This document shows positions 10,364-22,902 of a stretch of 26,229 nucleotides of DNA, one piece after another. How positions within the stretch are numbered: position 1 is the first letter of the stretch; each line of letters opens with the position of its first letter. The translations under genes and the position numbers were made by a program. The notes beneath the pieces were generated by a model. That model was not told where the DNA came from, did no database searches, and saw only the letters and a program-made list of their open reading frames with translations. The stretch comes from Rotaria socialis (Eukaryota). Location: positions 124,001-150,229 of the forward strand of contig CAJNYD010000557.1 of the NCBI GenBank assembly GCA_905331295.1, given 5' to 3'.

Positions 10364-11571
10364 AAATAATAAAATCTACGAAAGAAATAATGTCTAATCA
10401 ATAAATATGTAATTTGGCGCGGATGTATCGTATGCATATGTACATGTGGATACGTGTATAAAGAAAAAGTATACAGCATATGCATGAAAATAAACAGCGA
10501 GAATGTGCAATTATTGCCTCCACTTGTGTATTCTAGTACAAAACGTATGTGCACAACGAGCCGTATTGTTTTCTTTGCTCTTGCTTTCTTTCTGTATATA
10601 TTCTCATAGAAAAACGTGGACTAAGTGGTAGAATGCTGCTATTCTTCTTCCTAAACGATGCATTTGGACGGAGAAAGAGAAAAGAAAATGAATAACTGGG
10701 CTCTCCTATTCTAGTCATTGTTGTCTGCCATTTTTAATGATAACTTTTTGTTAAGAAAAAACCCCATGCCTTTTCTACTCAGCAAATAAAACGATCGAGA
10801 GAAAAATAAGGCACTATTTTAAGATATACCGATATAAATATCTCAATCTCAAACCATTCATTTTCATCATATTCAGCATTTTCATGCAACCTCTAAAACG
10901 AAATGTGCAAAGGTTAATTTAATCTTATTAAAACTTTTGAATATACATGACCCTGATCATCAATGTTATTTACTTACATTGATCATTATTACAATATCGA
11001 CTTAAATTATCAAGCATTATAGTATATCGAAATATTAAGTTCGAGAAAAGAAACGAAATTTGTTGAGCTCTTATTTTTACATAGATTGTAATTTTTGATG
11101 TCGAATACATATTAAAAATTATACTTAATTCATAAGTTTATAGCTCAATACAGTAATATAAACACTAATAGCAGTAATAGTTTGGTTTATGTATATTTAC
11201 TAAAATAATGTTTCTTCTTTCTTTTATGATATCAGATAGAAAAAGAAAGACTTTTACTTCTCACATGTATCTATTATGTATAATTTTCCAAAAATTCGAA
11301 ATTAATAATTTTAGAAAATGCTGGAAATTTCTCAAGAAAAAATATATTTGAAAATAAATGTACACAAAAAATAGGATTCCTATGTATTTCATTGCATGTA
11401 TTATCTAACCAATCAAAATAGTGCTGATGTGTCATCATTCGTAGACCAAAATAGCTGCTGATTAGTCATCTAAGTCAATAAAAACGATATTGCGTTGCCT
11501 ATAGAAAAAGGTATCAAGCTGGCTGGTCTATCAAATTTCTTATTTTCTTTACCCAGTTCTCTTTTCTCCCA

Positions 11572-11603
11572 GCAACAACAAAAACAACAACAACAACAAC
11601 AAA
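11572..11603 (+). repeat. Interrupted (CAA)n microsatellite in the presumed 5' UTR of MVB12
   Basis: caacaacaaaaacaacaacaacaacaacaaaa upstream of the ATG at 11648. Confidence 0.8.
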
Positions 11604-11647
11604 ACTCTATTGGCACTTTTAATAACGACGAAAATAATATTAACGAT

Positions 11648-13009
11648 ATGTCTTCGATGAATGATACAAGTTTACCAATAACCGGCATTTGTCTTGTTTC
11701 AAAACCGGATAATGTACCAACGGGTTATGAATGCATTCGAAAAGGTACTAATCAATTATAGTTGAAATAATGAGACAAATACTAACTGCGTAGCCAACCG
11801 TGTGTCTTACTCTAACATAGAAAGAGCGAAAGAAAAAAAAACATAATAATTAGTGCTGTACTCTTCGAATTTATTCAAACGTAGCAGTACAACTGGATTG
11901 TCTTGCCACCCGCCATTTCCTAGCTACACGACTAGAAAGCATACTAAATGATCAGTTGTTTTTCGACTAATATATACATATTGAGATCTACTATCTAATT
12001 TAATGAAATATTTGCTAAGAACTATCGATTTCCGAGACAACTGAAAGCTCAGAGATTTGACCTATATTTAACTTTATTAATAACTCTGAGAATTTCAAAG
12101 AAAAGTAACATAACCTTCTCGAGACATTTAACGAGATCCGATGGCTATATTTTTCTATGGTCAACAATTGTCGTTGTTTTTGTGTCGTCATAGTAGACTG
12201 AGATAGGCAAGTGATTTTACACTTCGACACATCAAATGCGTCTCAGAGAACTTAAATCATATAACACATTCGAACTATATTTTTAAAATTCTATCAATTT
12301 ACTCACTAAAATTATTCTTCTAGTTTACGGTGAACCGTCACGTGATGCTGATCTAATGGCTGATTCTATGCTCGAACGTAAAGATCGTTTTCTTTGTATT
12401 ACACGCATATTTCCATTAGCTGGTAATAAAGCATTTGTTTTGGAAGATGTTAAAATTATTAATGAACGTGATGTTCCACCGCAAAATTACACTCCATTAA
12501 ATGAAACAATAGATACACGAGCTAAAGGTACATCTAAACGTACAATATGCGTTAGACTAGCTGAGCGACAAGCCGGTATGAAATGTGTATGTGACATTAT
12601 ATTTCTTTATCGTCAGAAGCGACCACCACAATTTTATACGTTAATTGGTGATATCAATGGTTTTCAAATGTGCACTAAAGAAGGAACTGTTCCACCTTTC
12701 CGAGCTATACCACCACCACCGTCGAATATCTATCCTAATCCGACACACCATCAGCCCTATGCTCAAACTCAGAGACAAAATTCTAAAGATGACTATGCAA
12801 ATATGTATACATTAGGGAAGAAAAGTGAAGAAAAAGACATACTTGACGGTATTCCATTTACCATCAATCCAATATATTTAGCCGGAAATCGTAACAGTGC
12901 TAATGATTTATCTGGCTTAGATTCATATCGAATTCTTTCAGCTTATGACATTGAACAATATTATCCTTATGATTTTCATCTCGAACGCCATTCACTTTCT
13001 TCACTTTAA
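11648..13009 (+). CDS. MVB12: Multivesicular body subunit 12 (ESCRT-I; MABP + C-terminal UMA domain), 260 aa
   Basis: Exons 11648-11744 and 12324-13009 (579-nt phase-1 GT-AG intron). PITGICLVSKPDNVPTGYECIRKV...DADLMADSMLERKDRFLCITR is the MABP signature; ILDGIPFTINP...ILSAYDIEQYYPYDFHLER is the UMA signature. An alternative start at 11657 is possible. Confidence 0.9.
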
Positions 13010-13572
13010 ATATTTTTCAAACATCTTTTTTTGTTTTTTTCTTGATAAGTTATGCACATTTGAACTTTTTGTTTTGCATATATTTATTATCTTCTGAAGA
13101 ATTTATTCTTCTCTAATGGGTGTCTTTCTTTTCTTTTATAAATCAAATTGTATGAATTCGATTGATGCATTTATTTTGTTTCTTAACATGAACGTACGCA
13201 ATGTCTTTTTATTAATTTTGGTATTTAAAGTGAACGGTAAGTATTTTTACGAAAAGCAACTATGCCTAGAAGTACATAATGACTTACAAACATAGATGTA
13301 TTAACAAGACGAGAAAAAAAAGAGAATCTCAATATTTTTCATTTAATCATCTTCGGGTTTTTGCCAAAAATAAATAAGAACGAGCTTTTTTCGCTAATTA
13401 GAAGCAATCATCGTCTGCAGAGAACGGCCTAAAGGAAATGTTGAAGTATACAGGTGAATGTTTGAACCAGTGTCGGTCGTGACAAAGAAGACGTGAGATA
13501 GATTGCTATTATTAAAATTTGTTTGATAAACATACAACACAAAACAACACGAAAACATAAGGAGAACTATTT

Positions 13573-16443
13573 TTAAGCATTTTGAAATGGATTCATAAGA
13601 CTTTGCAAAAATGTATCTTTCAATAAACCTTGAATAAATTCTTCTTTTGATATACATTGATCCTCGTTAATATCGAGCGTTTTCATTATTGTGTCAGCGC
13701 ATTGCTCGTAGGAGTATTTATTTGATTTATTATCATTCATACCTAATAATTGAAACATAGCATGTAGGATAAATAAAATTTCAGCTCGATCAATCATTGA
13801 ATTATGATCTAAATCATAAACATTGAATGCATATCGAAGTTTATGTTCTAATGGTGCTTCTGTCGTAGCCACGTATGCAATCAGAAACTAAATTAGAATA
13901 ATATTTTTAATTAAAAGTATTTTACACCGGTGTGAAAAAGACAAATTCTATTTCAGTAGATATTGATGTGGCGCAAGCCGCTAGTTCTTTTGAGTATCAT
14001 CGTAAACTCGAAGTAATGCAAATATACGCAGAAAATAGGAAACTTCCTTGATGAATGAAGTTCTCGATTTGGCGGAAATGTTTCTGGAAGCTATTAGTAT
14101 TGATTAGGTGTTTTTTTTCTTCTCCTAATAAAAACGGAATCGCTTTATTTTGCATGTAGTTAAATATTCACATATGTGATGTGCTTTATTCATCGAGCGA
14201 AATTATCAGATAGATATAATGGATTGATTTATTCATTCTCACTTGCCATCGGACGTGATCATTTATAGATCGATTATAAAAACTGAAAGCTATAGATGGA
14301 ATTTTAAATACGTGAGGAAAACCATTGTCTATTATCAGCAACTAGAGATCTCGATAATACCTTGGGAAATTATAGTACAATATATCGGAAATAAGCGACT
14401 ATGTTATTATCCGACCAAACGTACAGTTAATTATGTGGTGTGTTAAACATTCATAAAAGAGACGTTGACATAATATCTAATTTGGATCAAAAAATAGTTA
14501 TATGCCTCAAAACAAGTAATTACACTTGATCTTTGATGCCTTGACTTCATAAATCATCTACGCCTTCATGCTCTCGACGTCATCTTAGATGCTGATTTAT
14601 TGATATGTGCGAAAAAAGACATGCATTATTAGAAAATTTTGTTTTTTATGCATTCAGCTGTTTGCATTTTCTTTGTTACTCATAGAATAATTATAATATA
14701 TTGTCATGAAATAAATAAAAGTCACAGCTACTAATTTGTATTACTCATTCGTATGGTTACTAAACTAATCTTAGGCTATCGGTAGAATAGCCGATTAATT
14801 TAATCACTCTAAGCATATACTAGAGAGATCAACACTAAATATAGATAGAAAATTACTTTGTTCGCAACTCTATTCTATAGCTTCCTCTAGGAGTTACTGA
14901 TTAAAAAGAAACGCCAGGGATGCATTGTACCTCGATCAGACACGCCGTCGGAAGTATGCCTTGACACTTCTAAGTCGACTCAGAGCAAGCAAAATTTTTT
15001 ATCCTTTTAGTCATAACAAGAATTAAATATTCTTAATTTAATCAGTGAGACCTATTGAAAGCGAATTCATTTTCTGTTCTCGTCGAGTTCTATCTATATC
15101 TAAGCAAGACATGGGTCCAAGAGCTTTCAATCACTCAAACGAGATTTCATCTTGATGCATCGTTGTTACATATAGTTCTGTTGACAAAATATTTTTCTGA
15201 ATAATTCGATTGTGAGTTGAAACTGATTAAACTAATTTCTTTTCTTCGTCAACATATGAATACATCCAACTTCGAAAAATTTTACAGCGATCCTTCAACC
15301 CACTGGTACACAAAAAAGAATTGGTCTGTTTTTTCCTCTATTTCTAGAGCACTAGGACTTTGTTCGCCGGAGAGGACATGAATTTATCAAAAATCCGGAA
15401 CTTGATTCTTGTTTTTGTCTATTCGATTTCCTGTGACCTAATCAAAACATGTTCAAAGTACGTTGCTAATCATACTAGTCTTTTCTGAACAGCAATTAAA
15501 ATACCAAGATTTATCTATGATTGCTTATTGGCTGAAGTCAACTACAAATTGTCGACATACTCATTGCTCCAGTTTTTTTTCATATTCGAACTCTACAATT
15601 CTCTTTCTGTAGCTATTTCTATTTCCAAGTGATTATCCGTGTTAGACATGCTTTTTTTATATCTATTCATTTATTGTATTATAAAGACCTTGAGGAATTG
15701 TTTTCTTTTTAAATAGCTTTCATTTATTATTAAATTCCTGTTAGCAAAAATCCTACGAAAGGCTAAATCCACAAATACGCATTCATCGGTTTCCGTAGAT
15801 ATTAAAAGTTAGTTTTTAATTGCTTATGCGCACGAGTAAAAACAGTTTTGATAAATTGTTCTTCTAGAACAATTAACACTTATTATATTGATAAATCATG
15901 CGTAAACAATGTAGCATTTAGCAGTCTCATGAATAGTATAGTAAATCGTGAGAACATTTTAGTATGACCGTATAGCTCATCAGCTATTTTGTTCGAGCAA
16001 ATAATGTCGCCCTTACTTTGCCTGACTAATCACAACAAAACTAATCGCTATTAGAGTAGATCATATCAGCAGAAAAAAAATTAGTTTAGGAAATGTTTTC
16101 TTCTGAGAAAATTAAAAATGTCATATTATCATGAATAATCTATTGAGATTATTCTATATGGGGAAAGTAACGAATGACTTCTTACTTCAGAAAAGCTAAT
16201 ACCATGATCACCATCTAGATCAAATGCACGAAAGACATTTTCGCTTAAACGTTTAACATTTTCCGATGGCCGAAGGTCTTGATAAAATTTACAAAATTGT
16301 TCTTTATTCATTGTTCTCGAGCCTAGATCACATTGTTGCAGGAATCGTTCTTCCCACGCATTAATATCATCTCGTTTTAATTCCGTATATTTGCCAATCG
16401 ATTCATAAACATTATCAGCAAGTCGGCTGTGTAGTGAGCCCAT
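13573..16443 (-). CDS. Neuronal calcium sensor (recoverin/neurocalcin/NCS-1 family) EF-hand protein A, 190 aa
   Basis: Exons 16443-16186 and 13887-13573 joined by a 2298-nt phase-0 GT-AG intron (...GISFSE|FLIAYV...). N-myristoylation motif MGSLHS; EF loops DLDGDHGISFSE, DLDHNSMIDRAE and DINEDQCISKEE; family motifs VFRAFD and KLRYAFNVYD. Confidence 0.92.
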
Positions 16444-18016
16444 ATTTTGATCTAAAAACAAAAGCAAGCAGCACGTTGCCTCTACTGATGATCAACAAAA
16501 ATTATGTAAAGAAGAAACTTTTTTTCATTAAAAATATTGTTATCGTTCGTGTAGAAGACTATTTCATCACAAAAAAGATCATTTGCATATATATATATAT
16601 ATAATGTATGGTGAGAGTTGGTTAGTTTCTTTTTCCTTCTTTGCTGTGCCGACTATTTTTTTTCTAGTCATGAGAAAAAGTTTTCCGCGTGCCTTGAATT
16701 ATTTTTTATTCTGTTCTTTTTCTCTGAGTTTGGTTAATAGAGAAACTACATAGCTAGTATATGGGAGTTTTGTCGCGCTAACCATTACACAAATGTAACC
16801 AACTCGTTATTAAAAAACACAAGAAAGAGAGAAAAGAAGTTCCATGATCAGAAAGAAATGACATGATCGATGAACAATATCTTTGCTTGACATGACATGC
16901 ATTTAAAAAGCTTTAAGGTCTTTCAATAGATATTAAGTTTACATTCTCAAATAGTCGCCTTAAAACTAATGAGAATTTTTATGAATAGGTATTTATGTCA
17001 TCAGAGTTTACGAAATATAATCTTTTGTGTATGCAATGCTTGTTGAACCTCCAGGCTGATTTAATTGCTACATATTCTTATGGCTGGAAACAAATTTCTA
17101 GAGTGATTCTCGTAATAGACTTTCAATGAAACATCGTATTCACAAAAAAGGCAAACTCTTCCATAAATTATTTATCGTTTACTTACTTAAAGTAATTAAA
17201 TAGAAAATTGTGTGGCAAACATCCGTGGTAGGTTTGAACGTATTCAAACATAATTTTTCTTTGCATCTTTTATTCATGTTAATAAAGCGATAAGAAAAAT
17301 ATAAAAGTATATTGGTTAATTTTTAAAATTGAACGACAGTCGATAGACGAGAATTTTGATCATCTTTTATCTGTAATGACAACAAAAGTCCCATTCGTTC
17401 TGTTGAAGAAAAGTCTTTTATTTTTGCTTGTGACGAATTATTTTATTTTGAATTTAAACTTTTTGAAATATGACTTTCACAGAGGAGAAAAACAATACTA
17501 TTTCGTTTATGGCAAGTACTTAATTCTCATAGGATTTAGCACAGGCTAGGCACCTAGGACATGCATGATAATTTTCTATTTGATGAAATATGGAACAAAA
17601 AATGCTCTCGAGACATCGATTAGATATGTGGGCATCAATAATTTATTTTTCTAGACTTATTGTTTCAAGAAAAAGAAAAGCTCAATGGTGTGCGGTACTT
17701 TTGCGAACGATTTGTTCTTTTTAATGATAGAAAAAAAAGATATTAAGCCGATGAACATAGTCAATTATAAAAAGTATTCTTTTTTTGTATTAACAATACA
17801 ACAATGAACAAAAACAAAATATATCTTTTAAACCATAACAACTTTCTACAAAAAGAAAGAAAAAAAAAGTTTTGTTCTATAGTAACTAATACTTGAAGAT
17901 TCTTCTCACTTTTGCTTGTCGTTTTCTTCATTACAATATCGACGAAGAGAATTCTTCTTCGATTCTATATCTTTGGTTAACTGATGAGACAAAAAGACAT
18001 AACTATAATCATTCGA

Positions 18017-19321
18017 CTAGAGTTTATGTACGTTTACACCACGAGCCGTTGAAATCGCTAGCATGTCATGATCGAAAAATACAGCACAAAATGGCGGCGG
18101 ATTATACGCACTGGACGCTTTGATTTTTCCATCTTTCGATATATGAAATATGCGTGACGTATTTCGATCGACTACGAGCCATTGCTCATTAGATAGTAGA
18201 CAACAGCGCGTACGTATATTTTGACTATATGCTATATTAAGTCTAAGAGACCAAAGTCGATCTAATGTAGCGGATGATCTCAATTCAATATGTATAGTTT
18301 TTTCTGATGGATTTTTAATCATCATAGCAAGTGTGCCATTATTATAAACAATCCCATTAATTACCTCATCACGCGTACATGTATCGGGCGATTGCCATTG
18401 CTTGACGAGTTCAATGGTTGGCACCAAACTAAATTCCATTATTGATGAACCCCACACTTTCGTTGATAAGAATAATGATGTTTCAGATGTTGTGCATGAT
18501 AACCATTTACGCTTTTGAAGCGTTCGAACATTTTCAATAGACATTTGAGTTTCATCGACGAGAAAAACGTCACTACCATTTATGACAATAAAATGATTCA
18601 ATGTTGACGACCAACACGTATCATAAATTGTTCCGTATATCCAAGAATTTTTTTTCACTATATTTAAATCTTGATCAACTAAACATAAATTTGGTTCTTG
18701 ATGTATTAATAAATGATGATTGTTACATGCTAATGGTGCCCAATTTTCTCTTGGATAATTAATTGTTTTATAGATTGACGATAATGATGTTAGATCAAAA
18801 CGACTGACATCTGAATTTTCAATATGTATTAAACTATCGTCCAGGACTAAAGCTTTTGTTTCAACTTGAAATGATGTTTGTTCAATTTTATTTATTTCAC
18901 GTTCAAGATCACGTACAGTTACGGTTAACGAATCAATGTCTTTATGTGTTGCTTCTTGTTCGCTGATTAATTCCGACATTTTTTTTCGCATTCGACTTAT
19001 TTCTTCACGTTTTCTTTCCATTTTTTTTGCAATACATCGATCTAATTCTCGACATTTTTGCTCAAAAAAATAATCAATCGTTTTGTGGCAATCAATACGC
19101 CATTGTTCAAGTTTTTTGTGCGAATCTCCAATGGCATTTTCAAGATTAAGCGATTTTAAGCGTTCGCCCAATGCATTAATTTCATCCGATAAGGGATTTA
19201 ATTGTGAATTGAGAGATAAATCATGTTCAACCATATGTTCACGACAAAAATTTTGATTGCATCCATAACATAACGTTTGTGAAACACGTTTACATGTTGT
19301 AATCACGCATGGTTGAGCCAT
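18017..19321 (-). CDS. Intronless B-box-type zinc finger + coiled-coil + predicted six-bladed beta-propeller protein (RING-less TRIM/NHL-like), 434 aa
   Basis: Single long ORF. The likely start is MAQPC at 19321, as the listed upstream extension is low-complexity. It has C-x4-C-x7-C-x2-C-x4-C-x2-H-x3-H at the N-terminus, about 150 aa of heptad-rich helix (LEQWRIDCHKTIDYFFEQKCREL...), then repeated beta-strand blades (IYDTCWSSTLNHFIVI, EQWLVVDRNTSRIFHISKDG, PFCAVFFDHDMLAIST). Confidence 0.85.
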   Translation of the reverse strand: MAQPCVITTCKRVSQTLCYGCNQNFCREHMVEHDLSLNSQLNPLSDEINALGERLKSLNLENAIGDSHKKLEQWRIDCHKTIDYFFEQKCRELDRCIAKKMERKREEISRMRKKMSELISEQEATHKDIDSLTVTVRDLEREINKIEQTSFQVETKALVLDDSLIHIENSDVSRFDLTSLSSIYKTINYPRENWAPLACNNHHLLIHQEPNLCLVDQDLNIVKKNSWIYGTIYDTCWSSTLNHFIVINGSDVFLVDETQMSIENVRTLQKRKWLSCTTSETSLFLSTKVWGSSIMEFSLVPTIELVKQWQSPDTCTRDEVINGIVYNNGTLAMMIKNPSEKTIHIELRSSATLDRLWSLRLNIAYSQNIRTRCCLLSNEQWLVVDRNTSRIFHISKDGKIKASSAYNPPPFCAVFFDHDMLAISTARGVNVHKL

Positions 19322-21949
19322 TTGTTGATTGTAAAAATTTGCTCCACTCTTTTTTTTGGAGCAATTTTGAAAGCGAAAACAGCTAAGATGAAGAATGAGA
19401 TGAAAAAACACTGCCGGTACTCAATAAATAAATACAAGTGTTTGTTTGCATAAGATGCAAACCGTTGCTCGACACTCTTAAGTGATCACAGGCCAAATGT
19501 GTGTAGCGATGAACGAATGCCAAAATATTTTCTATGCATGGTCTGAGTAAGGACGAAAAAATAAAAAAGTGCAGTAACAAAAAAAATGGGCGGATAGAAA
19601 TCTGTTAAACAACAACTATTTCTGTCAAAGTTCATTACGGCAAAACAGACGAGCTATTTGCCAGTAGAAAAGTGCTCTTGTGTAAAACATCGTTTGACTT
19701 TCGTACATAATTATTCTTCAAGAAATATTTACTAAAATCATTTTATAGTTTATTCTCGCGTCAACAGAAAAAGGAAAAAAACGATTTCTCCTATACGCTC
19801 ATATTTATTGATTATTTATTGATGAAAAGTCTCGCCATTTCTATTTGTTTGGTTTGAAGAAAGAAACATATTCGGGAAAATTTGAATGTCATAAGAACTT
19901 TTGGCAACCATTAAAAATCCGTACATTGAACTTTAGACTATGCGACGATGAAAAACATCATTGAGCGTTTCGATAGATTTTAGTCGACGATCTTCGTACA
20001 TGAAATATCATTGTTTTCGACTCTTTCATGCCTTGTGAAAAAGTCATATCAATACTTTGAGTCATAATTTATGCCACACGTACACATAACACTCTATGGT
20101 AATTTTTTTCTACAATCAATAAGAATTGAAAAATGTTGCATTCATATGTCGTCTTCGGTCTTCATTAGCGAACGATTTCTTTTTATTGTGCATGTGTTAA
20201 CTTGAAATTTTGATAGGCATTTTAACCGATTTTTTTAAGAACATCTACATATTGTTTGACTATCTGTAGAAGTTTAATTTTATTTGTCTAGCATAATTTT
20301 TATCTTGTAAATTAGAATCAGAGTGACTTAAAAAAGAGTTTTTAAAATTCAACAAACATACACTAGTCATCGATCTGTATTTCATAAATTCTGAATTAAA
20401 AAGTTGCCTGTGGTTGTATTGGTTGAGAGCACGCCAAGAAAAAAAATTCCTTTCCTATGCGCTTATTTTTGCTTTTAAAATCGATGCATCCTTCATCACA
20501 AAACGGATGTATGTGTATATATATATATATATTTGTTTTTTATGATGAAAAATCTAAAGTATTACGGTGGCTTTTTATTCGCCATTTCGAATGTCTTGTT
20601 TATATTCTTCGACCAAAAATGTTTTCTTTCACTCTACACTTCCATCGAAACTGAAAGTGGTAAAACCGTAAAAAGAAATTTTTGTGATGGCAACATTTCA
20701 AATCATGAAAATGCTCTAGAAGAAAGCAAGTCAAATTTCAAATGATGATCTGAACTATTTAGTCAATGTATTTTTAAATGAGAAAAACAAACGTTTTTTT
20801 CTTTTCGTCTGATGAATCAAGCCAGGATTACAATTCAGTGCGATTTTTGACTTGCTATTTGCTTGAGGCATTCTTTCAAAAAGTATTTTTTTCTCAAGAT
20901 ATACACTAGGTTGGTTAATTGCATTACTTCATCGAGAATCCAAGAATAATAATTGAATATATATATATATCTTGGTAAGAATATCTTTAGACTAGCTCAC
21001 CGCTGTGTTTCTAGACTTTCCTCGGAACAGTTTTCTGAAGAAAAAGTAGTTCTTAATGAGTAGAGTGAAAGTTCTCAAATGTTTTTGTTTGTGAGATGCT
21101 TGAATCACAACAGTGAAAAATACCACCAATTTTTCTTACCGGTTTAGTTATTGAAGATGTCATGTTTCATGGAATTGGAATTCCTTTTACAAGTGCTATG
21201 TACTGTTTCGGGTGTGTAACATTGTTTTTGTTGAATAAAAATGGTGAGAGAAGGTCTCAGCTCTTACGTAGGCTTGAGTTCTTCTGTAATGTTTTACGTT
21301 CTAAAATATTTTATGAATTGTAAAATGTACTTATTATTCAGATCATATTTTTAACTAGGCGATAGCCACAAAAATGCTTTCTTTATGACAGGGAAGGATC
21401 TAGACTCAAGACGAACTTTATTTTCCCTATCTGTAGTAGTTTTAATGTTTAACTACTGTATGGGCGTATCGCAGTGGAAAACAAAGAAATACTGAGAAAT
21501 CATTTTCATTCCTCGACGAGAATGAATTCGAATATTTTTTTCTTCTATAGGGATATTTAGATTGCATATCTCCCATAGTTCTTTTAAACACTCAACAAAC
21601 ACAGTATTATTCATCCGATGAGTAGCGCAATGCCTACTAGTGTCAAACACGGTTTTTTACTCATCATGTTTTAATCAATAAATCAATTTCTATAATGCCT
21701 TAGAATCAACGTTCCGGTAAGTAGTAATACACAATAGCATAATCAAGACTTCATGATAGACTTCATTCTGATACAATCTCTACAGGAAAGGCAGTACGCA
21801 AAAATGACGAAAGAAAAACTGCTAAATTAATTCAAACTTAATTTTTTTTATTCTTATCGATTATTTACAAATACCAGAAGACAGGCACCATGAATTCTAC
21901 GATACGGTGCACGCTAAATAATAAAAAAATAGACAAGAAATTTATGGTG

Positions 21950-22792
21950 TCAATCATTGGAATCCGTTGCTTGATCGTCTGATATCATAGCTGCGTTTGG
22001 CGCAAGTATTTTACGTAATAATTCATCTCGAACACATCCTTCAATAAATTCATTTCGAACAATAATATCTAGAAATACAGAAAAAAATGTACGAAATTTT
22101 TTTATGGAAAATAAAAATTCCTCTACCATCTTTATCTTTATTTAAACGCTGCATTATTAGTTCAACACGTTTATTGGGCGATTTTTGGCCGATTCGATCT
22201 TCTTCATTTGCTAAATCGTACATAGCTTCAATTATTTTAACCATATCTTTGCGATTAATTTCTCCGTCTTTGTTTTGATCTAAATAAAAATTTTCCTTCA
22301 TGTTTTTGAAATCACAAAAATTCGTTGTTTACCATAAATACTAAAAGCCAGATGTAATTTTTCTTCAAGATTCCCATGTTGAGAAACATCAACCGCTAAT
22401 CTTAAAAATAAAAGTTTTTATAAAAATCAAAAATAATTAAGTTTCCTACAGAAATTCCGTAAAATCAATCCAATTGTTGTTGTCTGTATCGAATGCTTTG
22501 AACACAAAATTACAATACTTATCAGCTTTACCTTCTGGATAGAATCTCTATTACAAAAATAAGTCAATAGTTCATTTTCAACTGCACTTTGTTTTTATTA
22601 AATACGTACTCTATAGACACTAAGAAATTGTTTGCGGTCGAGTTTACCCATTGGACAATCTTTAAGAAAACCAGCGTGCCAGCTTAGAATTTCTTCTTCG
22701 GTATATTGTGTGCTGACTTTTAGCATTTGCAAATCTTCATCGGTTAAAATAGCGGGATCCTTTTTTTCTGTACCGTTCGTTTTATTTCCCAT
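21950..22792 (-). CDS. Neuronal calcium sensor family EF-hand protein B (NCS-2/hippocalcin-like), 206 aa
   Basis: Exons 22792-22610, 22547-22450, 22400-22333, 22279-22127 and 22068-21950 (621 nt, all GT-AG). MGNK start; WHAGFLKDCPMGKL (non-binding EF1 with CPxG), FYPEGKADKYCNFVFKAFDTDNNNWIDFTEFL, EKLHLAFSIYDQNKDGEI, EFIEGC. Confidence 0.93.
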
Positions 22793-22902
22793 TGCATAAA
22801 AATAATCTGAAAATAGTTTCGAGTATTTTTTGAAACGTGATCGGAAATATATAGATTAAAGTTTGCGATTCACTCAGGCCACAGTAAGAGTTCGTTTTTA
22901 TT

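Noticed and set aside
9581..11400. Searched for a cold-shock-domain exon that would make the RGG gene a Y-box protein
   Set aside because: No GxVKWFN/GYGFI-type coding sequence was seen in the 414-nt intron or upstream region, so no YBX symbol is assigned.
11470..11761. Poly-Cys (minus) and poly-Gln (plus) ORFs
   Set aside because: Both are translations of the (CAA)n microsatellite. The plus ORF starts at a non-ATG codon, and only its part from 11648 is MVB12 exon 1.
13968..13985. GC hairpin followed by CTAGT as a Helitron 3' end
   Set aside because: The stem is only 5 bp and directly abuts CTAG without the usual spacer; no 5' end could be defined.
21614..21645. CCGATGA-GTAG...CTAC hairpin resembling a hammerhead ribozyme core (also the CTGATGA sites near 3642, 16485, 17981 and 20809)
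   Set aside because: The required GAAA after stem II and the flanking stems I/III are absent.
22087..22278. Plus-strand 63-aa ORF and the other short (60-95 aa) intergenic ORFs in the track
   Set aside because: Antisense to real exons or low-complexity F/I/L/K-rich translations of AT-rich noncoding DNA.
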